From positions 558,001 to 622,000 of the forward strand of contig CAJINV010000008.1 of the NCBI GenBank assembly GCA_905178155.1: a DNA stretch of 64,000 nt. The letters run 5' to 3'. This document shows positions 23,339 through 33,182 of this stretch, in pieces. Origin of the DNA: Amoebophrya sp. A120 (lineage: Eukaryota; Protista; Dinoflagellata). Every line of letters begins with the position of its first letter. Within the stretch, counting starts at the first letter, position 1. The notes beneath the pieces were generated by a model, which saw nothing but the letters and a program-made list of their open reading frames with translations, was not told where the DNA came from and ran no database searches. Position numbers and translations under genes: made by a program.

Positions 23339-25294
23339 TCACTCGCAGGTGCAGGGAAGACCATTGTTGCTCAGTAGACCTTTCGCGGAAACACATTTTC
23401 CCCGCCGCAGGTCGAGGTCCAGCGCAAAGTTGGAAAAGTCTCTGTGCGCAACACTGCAGAACCCGCGCTGCACGAACAGCCGCGAGTATTCGGGCACGGC
23501 GCAGCCTTGGCGGGACAACATCGCGGGGTCGAGTTCTGCCTTGACCCGCAGAATATTCACACTCCAATGCGTCCGCGCGTCGGCGGTTGACGGTAGAAAC
23601 CCCCGCAAAAAGTTGCACTCAAAGCCCTGAATGTCAACCTTCATGAGCCCAACAAACCCTTCTTTTTCCGGAGTCGGCGCACCGCTCGAATGACCGTGAG
23701 GACAACCGCCCGAGAACACGCTTCCACCATTGTCTAGCTGTTTCCTGTTTGCGTAGGTGGCGCTTCGACCAAAGATCTCATCGATCGTGTCCGCATGGAT
23801 GGTCAAACCCCTGCTCCCCGCCGTGTTAGCTGAGCTTTCTGCAACGGAGACTCCTCCCAAAATCGAATTCCCCATGTTTCCCGACTCCGAGAAAATCGGG
23901 TAATGCTGGTCGGTTACCGCGCCGAGCCCGATCGGGAACACCACTACCTTCTCGCGTAGTCGCGGGGGCAACCGGGACAAAGTGGAAGTCAGTCGGAACA
24001 CATTGACGGGGTGCGGCTCGAAAACAAAAAGCCCCGCCAAGAGCTCGGCCGAGGTTGCCAGCATCTCGAAAATGCAAGACCCGAGGTTCCCACCCACGTC
24101 CAGATAGTAGAAGTTCGCATGCTTCTGGTTCGTGGCCCCAGATGCAGCACGTCGCTGTTCAATGCTGTTCCTCAGCTTTCCCGGCAAATCCTGGCAGTCC
24201 CTCCATCTTCCGTCGGTTTTCAGTCCCGCGCTAACGACGTCCCACTCCGGTGCAACGCAAATGTCGAACTTCTCGAAGTCTCCGGTCGCTCCCAAGCTGC
24301 CCGTTCCCGACGTGGCTCCGTGAGAATCGAACCGTCCAGGGGTCCAATGGCAAAGCCGCGTCTGCGCGAAGGTCACCAGGTCCTCCTGGGTTTCAAAAGT
24401 GATTGAGTCTGCTTGAGCGAGTGACATGCCGCCCCATTCGCTGCCCCACCCGTCGGAGGAAGGAGCCTGCACCGTTCTATCTGTTCCGTTGACGAAGTCA
24501 CTATTCTGTCGGACGACAGGCCTGCGCCCAAAGAACAACTTGGAGAGGTCCAAGGCAGCACCTGCAGTCTGAAATTTTCGGGTTGGGTCCTTGTAGTAGC
24601 CCGCCCGCTCTAGCACGGCTTGTGCCAGAACCTTCTGATAGTTGATAGCGAGCGTGGGAGCGAGCGTTTTCTCCCGCCACTCGTGCGCGTCCATTAGCGT
24701 CTTCGTGTTCTTGTCGCTTGGCGGCATCTGCACGTGCTGCAAAACTCTCAGGGGCGGCAGCAACGCTTGGCTGGTCTCTGCACCGATCCACGCTCTCCAC
24801 TTGTTTTTCCTCCCACGAACGCGTACATTGCTCCACATACCGTCTCCATTGCAACCAAAAAGTGCCCGACGTTCAAGGTGCACAGGGAGCGCAGCCACGG
24901 CCTCTTTCGCATTCACGATGGAAACGTGCGAGGATTTAGTCCGTGAGGATGACGACGATGATGTCCCCACGATCCTACTGGTCACCGCGCTTATACCTTT
25001 CTTCAGCCATGTCTCGACAGAGTGCTGCGCAGACGTGCCTGCTGCTCCGTGCTGTGGCTGCCCATGCCCCCGCGCTTCTGCAACAATTCTGGATTTCTCA
25101 TCGCGTCTTGTTTTTTTCGCCGCGATCATCCTTCGATGTCTCCGCACATATTGGCTAAATGACCAAACCGGGCCGCTTGACCGCCCTCGTTTTCGCTCGG
25201 AAGAACTACCCGCGAGCCTCCAAAGCAGGTAAAGGAGCGAAGTGGGGACGAAAGCAACGCCAAGCATGGGAATTGATACTATTGCTTCAATCAA
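23339..25294 (-). CDS. FkbM-family methyltransferase, N-terminal membrane anchor
   Basis: YLDVGGNLGS, VFEPHPVN, VFPIGLG, LMKVDIQGFEC. Confidence 0.85.
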   Translation of the reverse strand: MIEAIVSIPMLGVAFVPTSLLYLLWRLAGSSSERKRGRSSGPVWSFSQYVRRHRRMIAAKKTRRDEKSRIVAEARGHGQPQHGAAGTSAQHSVETWLKKGISAVTSRIVGTSSSSSSRTKSSHVSIVNAKEAVAALPVHLERRALFGCNGDGMWSNVRVRGRKNKWRAWIGAETSQALLPPLRVLQHVQMPPSDKNTKTLMDAHEWREKTLAPTLAINYQKVLAQAVLERAGYYKDPTRKFQTAGAALDLSKLFFGRRPVVRQNSDFVNGTDRTVQAPSSDGWGSEWGGMSLAQADSITFETQEDLVTFAQTRLCHWTPGRFDSHGATSGTGSLGATGDFEKFDICVAPEWDVVSAGLKTDGRWRDCQDLPGKLRNSIEQRRAASGATNQKHANFYYLDVGGNLGSCIFEMLATSAELLAGLFVFEPHPVNVFRLTSTLSRLPPRLREKVVVFPIGLGAVTDQHYPIFSESGNMGNSILGGVSVAESSANTAGSRGLTIHADTIDEIFGRSATYANRKQLDNGGSVFSGGCPHGHSSGAPTPEKEGFVGLMKVDIQGFECNFLRGFLPSTADARTHWSVNILRVKAELDPAMLSRQGCAVPEYSRLFVQRGFCSVAHRDFSNFALDLDLRRGKCVSAKGLLSNNGLPCTCE

Positions 25295-25660
25295 TCACGT
25301 ATCTGTTACATAGTGCTGTTACTCCAAAGCAGAACGTCCGGGGAACCAAAATTCCGAAGACATACGATACTGTGACCGAATAGCCAACGCAGGCACCCAA
25401 GCAACAACGTGTACCACATAGACGGTTCCAAAAGATCTTATCTATCAGTCTCATTCGGGCAACATGTCACGAAACGTGCGAACGCATCGAAATCCAAAGG
25501 CTGGCGGACTTCACGACGGGCCTCGGCCTGCTGATAGACAATTCCTGGGATAATATGCGTAAATTTGTTCTTGCGTTTTTCTCTCGTCGTATCTACCTCT
25601 TGTCTTGAAAAGACTTGACGTTCGCAATCTATTCGGTTCTTCGCAGCCCTTACACTGCCT

Positions 25661-27991
25661 TCACGTGTCCAGCGTCGTGGGGCGTGGAAAACCCGCCTTG
25701 ACCATGCAGGTCTCTCCGATGGGCTCGCCGTTTGCGAACTTCGCGCTCGTCTCCGAGTCTATTTCTCTGGTATCGACCCACGTAGTGTCTTCAAACCAGG
25801 CGTTTTTGCGCACCTTCCTGTATCCCTGCTGGCGCAGCAGGGACTGCAAATCCGGCTTGGCGCGCTCCACCGTCAGCACACGGAAGCGCAAGGTCTCCCA
25901 CGGAAAGTGCTCCATCACAAAAGACTCCGCGCCTTCCACGTCGAGTGAAAAGTAGTCGATCGTGGTCGGAAACTGAAAATGGCGCCAGACGTCTTCGAGA
26001 GCGACAACTTTCTTCACTACCGCATTCACGCCGTAGCTTTCCTGCTCGTTTTCGTCCGTATTGTCAAACGTGTCCCCGACTATGCCTGACAAGCCGTTTG
26101 ATTTTTTCGAATGGAAGGCCGCGAATTCGATGGTCCTTCCTGTGGGATAGCCGACCAGGTTCTGCACCAGCTTGCAGTTTTTTCTTTGTCTGTATCCCGG
26201 AAGGTACTGCGGGTCTGCTTCCAAACAGAGACCTTGCCAATTGAACTTCTTCTCAAGGAGGAGGCTATTCGATAGCACCGAAGCATGGTGAGAACCAAGC
26301 TCGATAAAAGTTCCGTTTTCCTTGCAGTTAAGTAAAGACTGCACCAGCCAATCCTGTCCCGCCTGCCCGTGTATGACCTTGGCCGCGAGCGGATCAATGT
26401 CAGCGCTGCTGGTTTTCGCGAAAGGGGTTGCCACCCATGTATTTCCACTTCCTCCAAAGTCGTATTGGTAAAACTCTTTTGCGAGCTGCGTTTCGTCGGG
26501 CGCAGCTATGGCGTTCTGGTCTGTCTCCTCTTTTCCGTCCTCTTCTGGCTGAGGAGGACGAGGAGCAGGAGGATTTTCTGATTCCTCGTCATGCGCAGCT
26601 TCTGACGGTTTCTGTGGCCGCGAGTCTTTTTCCTGTCCTCCGTCTCGTTTTGCTTTTGCGAAGTCGCCCCTTTTGCGCTGCGCGGATGCTTCCTCGTCGC
26701 CGTCGTCCGGATCTTGTCGCGGCCGCTTGGCCTTCACCGGGTGCTGCGCCGCGTGCTCCCGAAAGATCTTGGCCGCCAGCTTCTCCGCTCGTTGCATGTC
26801 CGGGGAGGGCATTACTGCGTCGACGTCCCTCACCGGCACAACGGAAGCTGCCTGCTCCATGAACTCGTCGAAGTGCTTCGTTGACCTGCCGGCATACGCA
26901 AAATTCAAACCGTCAAGCACCCTCAGCCGACGTCGTTTGTCCCGCAGCTCCATGCCCTTCGAGGTCAGCTCCGGCGTTTCCGGCGCAAGTTCCGCAAACT
27001 CCGCCCCGAGCCGCCTCTTGCAGCTCCGCAGCTTCCGCATCGCATCCAAGCGCGCCCGCCGCGACAGGTGCTTTCGAGAGAAGGCCCCTCCGGGTGCAGT
27101 GTCGCAATTCGCCGGACCCACGGCATGCCGTCGGAGCAGTTTGGAACTCGACTTTCGATTCACGTCGTGGATCAGCTGTCCCGGCTGCAGGAGAAAGTTT
27201 TCGCAGAGAAACGTCTCAGCTTCTTGGGTCAATACACCTCCGGGCCGTGTCATCTTATTTCTGCGCACCTTTAGCGTCTTCAAAATTTTCTCCGCCTCCG
27301 ACAGGTCGCCCTCCTCCTGCATGGCAATCGCCGCGAGGGGCAGCCACTGCAGCCTCGTTACAAAAGAATGGTCGTTTTTCACGAGGTTCGCTTTCGCAGA
27401 ACCCGACCCGAAGATGTTGTCGATCTCCATGCCCGACAATGCGACTAGCAACTCCAGCTCGAGCGTCCACCGCTGCCGCACGTTTGTAGATTCCGGAAGC
27501 TCGATGGCGTTTCGCACACGTGCGCGGGGGTGGCTGTGCGATACGGGAAAAATCAGAACGGATTCGCGCTTGGCGCTCCGGAACTGCCACCGCCACACCA
27601 GCGAATGCTGGTCCTCGTCGTCGTGGGCTCGAATTCTTTTCTTCCGCTTTGATGTCCTCCCTGGCCCTCCGCGACACAGGTCTTTCCAGTGCTTCTCTAC
27701 CGGAAGAACAGCAGGCGGAGGCGTCGTGATGTAGCTATCATCATCTTCATCGTCCTGGTCGTCCCTGTCGTTGCCCTCTTCGGACGCTTTATTTTTCGTG
27801 CTCTTCATCCGCGCTGCCAGCATTTCTCCCCTCGTGGCCAAACCGGTCACCATACTGTCCTCGTCAAGGTCCAGGCTGTCATCGGAGGAGGACCACAACA
27901 GGACCCACGACACATAGCACGCAACAAGGCTGCAACAGCCCAAAATTGTCACCGCAGTGCACTGCGACCTCGTCAGTCGGAGAAAGGCCAT
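25661..27991 (-). CDS. FkbM-family (Star-like) methyltransferase, type II membrane protein
   Basis: GQAGQD, GTFIELG, SNSLLLEKKFNWQGLCLEADP, IDYFSLDVEGAE, VLTVER. Confidence 0.88.
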   Translation of the reverse strand: MAFLRLTRSQCTAVTILGCCSLVACYVSWVLLWSSSDDSLDLDEDSMVTGLATRGEMLAARMKSTKNKASEEGNDRDDQDDEDDDSYITTPPPAVLPVEKHWKDLCRGGPGRTSKRKKRIRAHDDEDQHSLVWRWQFRSAKRESVLIFPVSHSHPRARVRNAIELPESTNVRQRWTLELELLVALSGMEIDNIFGSGSAKANLVKNDHSFVTRLQWLPLAAIAMQEEGDLSEAEKILKTLKVRRNKMTRPGGVLTQEAETFLCENFLLQPGQLIHDVNRKSSSKLLRRHAVGPANCDTAPGGAFSRKHLSRRARLDAMRKLRSCKRRLGAEFAELAPETPELTSKGMELRDKRRRLRVLDGLNFAYAGRSTKHFDEFMEQAASVVPVRDVDAVMPSPDMQRAEKLAAKIFREHAAQHPVKAKRPRQDPDDGDEEASAQRKRGDFAKAKRDGGQEKDSRPQKPSEAAHDEESENPPAPRPPQPEEDGKEETDQNAIAAPDETQLAKEFYQYDFGGSGNTWVATPFAKTSSADIDPLAAKVIHGQAGQDWLVQSLLNCKENGTFIELGSHHASVLSNSLLLEKKFNWQGLCLEADPQYLPGYRQRKNCKLVQNLVGYPTGRTIEFAAFHSKKSNGLSGIVGDTFDNTDENEQESYGVNAVVKKVVALEDVWRHFQFPTTIDYFSLDVEGAESFVMEHFPWETLRFRVLTVERAKPDLQSLLRQQGYRKVRKNAWFEDTTWVDTREIDSETSAKFANGEPIGETCMVKAGFPRPTTLDT

Positions 27992-29588
27992 GATTGACTT
28001 GGTAGTTGTGCGGGCTTACAAAAGATGGCCGAAGACCTACTTACTTGAAATGGCTCACATCAGCAACAGGCCGGTGACACTATCGTGCAATTAGATACCA
28101 TACCCAGGTGCGAGATGGAACTAGACAAAAAAACGTTTTTTAACGAGCTACTGTAGGTCTCCTACAACCACCGGCGTCAAGTAGGAAAAGAGTGTGCCAG
28201 TTGGGTTCCTGACGTCGAAAAGCTTACAGTTGCAACCGTTAGGGTTAATCTGGACGTCAAGATGCTAATCGCTTGTGTATTTTAGGTACTTACGTCGAAA
28301 TGCACCACACTCACTGTATCGTTGCAAGTACGACCGACGATTCATTGAAGAATGTTCTTTCTTTTGCGATTGCTCCAGTACGATGCGGTGGCGAAGATTC
28401 ACCATCACCCAAGTCAACCGATATTATCTGTCAGTAGTACTGAAGCAGCCATCCGGCCATGGCTGCAGCCATAAGACCCCCACGATTCGACCCGCATGTC
28501 AATGTCGACGATTAGTCCCCTTGAGAGCCAGCAGCGCAAAACAACAATCGCTGTCGAAAGAGGAGCGGACGCGCCCGCACGAACGAATCCGGCGTCTTCA
28601 TCATTTCGTATTTCTTTGGTACATTTGAATGCGCATTTCTCGTCTTCGTTGTCGGTGAAACTAAAATGAAACAGCTACAACATTGTACAAGATCTTCTGT
28701 CGGTTTCCTTGGTGCGGCAAAGGCAATGCAGGTATCATATAGAAAATTCAGTCGAAGAGGATGAGGTGGTTCTATTGTGTATAGCCCGACCTAGTGTATC
28801 TATTGGACTTCGTAAAATTTGCTGAAAATCGACAATGGCTGATGTAAGAACCGTTAAGCACTTCAATTGTGAGAGGGTCAGAATGCACTCCTGCTTCATG
28901 AACGGAGATTGATTTCATGCTGTTTGCGACAATGCACTAAAAGGTTTTTGCATTTTAATCACCGGTCTACTTGGATGCCTCCCTACTGGTAGAGGCGCCC
29001 GATCCACTCCGCACGGTCCACGTACTGCCTCTGCTTCAGCAGCTGGGAGATGTTGTCAGCTATCATGCGGAAACACGTAACCAAGGCCGAAACAATTTGG
29101 CCTTTTGGCAATGGCAAATGCTGTAGACTACTTCTCTTCTGCGCATAGCAATAGCGACCGTCAGGATTCCATACCAACACTGCTGTATAAACTTGATGCC
29201 AAACATCATCGATGCTGGGCTACATGTTTCCTTATGATATTACCGCGAGCGTAAACATGGCCGAACACCCCGTCAGCGTATTTCCCTGGAATGAAACCAG
29301 TGTAGCCCGGTACGTCGGTCCCCCTGTAGAAATTTCGGATTTCTCTTCTCCTTTGCAAATCGAAATGCAAGTAGGCACAGATTCATTCCTTCACAATGCA
29401 TAGATATGAGCGTAACACATTCGCATTCCCTCAATCAGGAAGAAAGTACCTTCTGTGGGGCAGGGTGACACCGAAGGGATTGTGTCGTGCGTAATTGTGT
29501 GGCTCCTGTGTATACTGGTGGTCATCGAGTAGCCTCTCTTCGCACTTGATTGCTGCAAGCTGGTTTGAGCGATTGAAGGTACTGGAAA

Positions 29589-30515
29589 TCACGTTTTCGC
29601 TAACCTTTCCGGGAATGTAGCCTCCATAACCTGTTTTGAAATCGAACCAGGTAGATCAACTAAAGACGAAGGATGGAATCTATCATACGTTGAGGCATTC
29701 AACAGATTTGAATACAGTTTCATCTCTTTCGAAAGAATACGGATAGGTAGCTCGTTTTTCGTACATGATGAAAAACCTTTACCTGGTATTGCGGTGAGTG
29801 TGTAGTTGCCGACTTCCGGAAAGTAGACTTGGGGTCGGTGCGGCATGCTGTGTGCGCGGGGTGTTCTGTTACTTGCTGGGGCGGCATGCTCGGGAGCAGA
29901 ACTGGGACCCGCACGGGCAGACGGTCGGTCAGACCTCGCACTGATCATTTGCGATGACGAATGCGAACGCGCCGACATTGTCTCGACCTTATTCACTCAG
30001 CTCACTTTCTAAGACTTTCACTTTTCAGAAGTCAGCGCTTCGAGCGGACTTGTTGTTCCTGCAACGCTACAAGTAGGCTGCTTGTGCTTTCTGCGATGAC
30101 ACATCAAAAAAACAAGGAACTACGGATGTGTATCTACTTATGCGTGAATTTCTTGGGAGAGTGCCGACCCTTGAGAGGAGGAGTACCTGCTCAATGGATT
30201 TCGAGATTGCGAACGAATCGCTGCTGCATCTATCTTGCAATGTAATGCGATTCTTGAGATCGAACGAGTCAACGACAGCAGATCTCATGCCCTCCACGAC
30301 TTCTTATTTTAGTGCAACAATTCATAAACTGTGGCATCCATTCCCGATACATCGACCGATCTGATTGTGTTCGAGCGACTACGTAGAGCGTACACGACAA
30401 ATGTTGGAGCATTCTTCTTTTCAACACCTGCTTCATCCATTTTCGTCAGCGACCCCCCTGAAAAATCGTTACCATTGGATCCTGCAACATAAACAAAATT
30501 TGATGCGTATGACAA
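29589..30515 (-). CDS. Fragmented ORFs, probable divergent multi-exon gene of unknown function
   Basis: Collinear short minus-strand ORFs (29589-29996, 30067-30297, 30309-30515). Splice junctions could not be resolved. Confidence 0.3.
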
Positions 30516-31570
30516 GATGCGTATAATGATGAAAGTATTTAAGTTACTTGGACGGCAATCCTCGACTGCGCGTTCGCAACACTTTAGCTAGTGACGCAAA
30601 GAAATCAAGTAGCACCCCCGATCTTCAATTTCGAAAAGAGAAAACTGGAATGACCAAATAGAAAGTCGCGGTCTAGGTCACGATTGTGGCGTATGGCGCT
30701 CGCGCTCCTAAAGAAGAACATCGCAGCATCAGACTTCATCAACGTACTGCATCCAAGCCAACCATCACGACTATAACGCGCGACATGAGTGGACCTTTAA
30801 TCAACCACAGCAAAGAAAGGGTAAAAGCAAAGTGGGAAATCAAAGTTTCGTTTTACGGACAAGACCACTGCAAACAAAGCTCTTCTGCTGCACTAGTACT
30901 GCCTTTCCCTTTCTTGTACGACCGTTACTTCCGGTATTTGGCATTTCTCATGCTGTTGCTGAGTCAAAGCGGGCCTGCAGCATAAGCAATTCCTACTCGT
31001 ACAACAGACGATACAAATGTTTCAATGATAATCGGTTGTAAAAGATAGGAAGAGCAGCGCTACAATTATGCATGATGAGTTTGGCAGGCATCAACATTTG
31101 CTCAAGTAACCTTTCCTCCGGGCCGCAGGTGGAAGACGTTTTTTCGATTTGCAGTTACTGGGCGAGTGCTTCTTCTGCTTCTTTTACTGGTTAGTGTAGG
31201 TACAAAAGAAGTTGGTGCTAATTTACGTGGTTCTTTGGCAACAAGAAAATTTAATAACAACATTTACAATCGGGCAATCATCACACACAAAAGTTTTCCT
31301 TGTACGATACAACGGGCAAGAGGGTAACAAAAACATTAAAAGTAGGTGCATTATTTTTTCAAACATTAACATTTTTTCTTCGTGTCACTTCAGACGTCGC
31401 TCACGTTGTGCTTGTAAGTAATTCTGCTATTTAATCTCCTGGTCAATTGGTTATTGTCACTTGATTTCTTCGAAGGTCATTTGATTTGATATTGGGACTA
31501 CAAGACAGACGCCATAAGTTCGTCAACAGTTTCGCATTTCAAGAATGAATCCTCGTCACTAGTTTTATTT

Positions 31571-31885
31571 CTACTTTTTGAAATGTTTTTTGCACGACTT
31601 CTTCGACGCATCCTTACAAGCCTCCGATGTAACCTCCCCTCCATTCGCCTTGCACGCGTCTTTGCTGTCTTGCCCTTGCGTCTTGCACACCATCTTGTCG
31701 TCCTTCTTGCAGCAGAACGCGGTTTTCGCCTTCTTCCCATGCGCGTGACTCTGGACCTCCGGGCCGAACACATCGTTGTTTTTGACCTTCACGCCGCCGC
31801 AGTTGTGCAAGGAGCCGTCGGTCGCGGAGGACCCAAGCAGGTCAACGTCCGCGGCGCGGTGGAAGATGTCCGAGAGGAAACCCAT
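31571..31885 (-). CDS. Small Cys/Lys-rich protein, paralog 1 (104 aa)
   Basis: Shares MG.LS.., TAFCC, C, K.AC...GGEV and terminal C..C with 32540-32866. Confidence 0.8.
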   Translation of the reverse strand: MGFLSDIFHRAADVDLLGSSATDGSLHNCGGVKVKNNDVFGPEVQSHAHGKKAKTAFCCKKDDKMVCKTQGQDSKDACKANGGEVTSEACKDASKKSCKKHFKK

Positions 31886-32539
31886 CCTGTTTTTCTTCGT
31901 AGATAGGAACTACTCCAAAAACTTTTTTCGCAGTGTCTGTTTTCCTCGTTTGTGCTATTTGCTACTGATAGTATTTAGCAAAAAGCTTTTGCTTATCTGC
32001 GGAAAACATATTGCGAGTTTACGAAAACGACCCTCAGCTTGCACGATGATGTTCTTCTTCTACTAGAAGACAAGGCCGCCGTTGCATTGACACGATCACG
32101 ATTCTTGATCTCGATCGATCCCAGTCTCTTGTTGTTCTGCTTTATCGACGATGGCACAACCACAAGGAAGACGAATAAGATAATAGAAAAACGATAGCGA
32201 CTCTCACCAGGAGCTCTCGCTCCTCACGACACGATGATCCGCTTGAATTTTACTGACCTCGAGTTTGAAACACCCAGACATGAAAACAGCCCTACGCGGA
32301 TTCCAGTCGCGGCTGCGTAAGCCCAAGTATCTGACTGCCTCAAGACAAGGACGACCTTCTGCCATTGGTATTGTTCGTCGCTTCTTACCTGCCAGCAAGC
32401 TCAGATATTGTGGCATTGCAGGCACGTGAGGTAGGTTCGCTTCTAACAAAAAGATTGAGTAGTAACAAGTTCTTTTCGCGCTTAAGGTTCCGAGCTCGAA
32501 ACTTCAGTCGGTCTCACTTGTCGCTATGGACATCAGTAC

Positions 32540-32866
32540 TTACGCACTTGAGCATGGAGGCTTACTCGGGCACGACTTGTCACCTTTGACCTCGCCACCC
32601 TTCTCGTTGCAAGCTGTTTTGTCTTCCGGCGTCTTCGCCACACACAGATCTTCTTCTTTGCCCCCGTCGACCTTCTTCACGCAACAGAACGCGGTGCGAT
32701 GCTTTGTGTGACCGTGTCTGCCATTCAATTGGTGATCCAGCCCCGCACACGATGCAGCGTCAGGTTCCTGCGCAAGGCTTAGCGCGTTTGCGAACCGCGG
32801 CCGCTCGTAGAGGCTTGAGTCGAACCCAGACCGGGCGGAGATGAGAAGCTCCGAAAGAATGCCCAT
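32540..32866 (-). CDS. Small Cys/Lys-rich protein, paralog 2 (108 aa)
   Basis: Same 7-Cys framework as 31571-31885. Confidence 0.8.
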   Translation of the reverse strand: MGILSELLISARSGFDSSLYERPRFANALSLAQEPDAASCAGLDHQLNGRHGHTKHRTAFCCVKKVDGGKEEDLCVAKTPEDKTACNEKGGEVKGDKSCPSKPPCSSA

Positions 32867-33182
32867 AGTAACGTCACGCTACATTCCTTTGATTTATTGC
32901 CTTGTTTTCAAGCCCTTCTGCGGATCGATATGAGACTTTCTGTGCCGGCGGAGCACTCGCAGTTGACAACCTTCTGCAAGAACGATACAGATCATGAACC
33001 TCCGAAAACGAGCCGAGAGCAATCGATGCACAAGTTTGGCCCCGGGGAGCACTCTCGTTCAGCAATCGATTCGAATTGTGTCCACACCTTTCATGATTTA
33101 TCGGCGTTCTGCGCAAGAATCGAAATTGGCGATCGAAGACGGTGTGAAACGTAGATCACCCAGCCATCACAAAGACACTGAA

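Noticed and set aside
28000-31450. Alternative genetic code or pseudogene to explain stop-rich fragments
   Set aside because: All three stop codons terminate well-supported genes elsewhere in the window; unresolved short introns or intergenic DNA are a simpler explanation.
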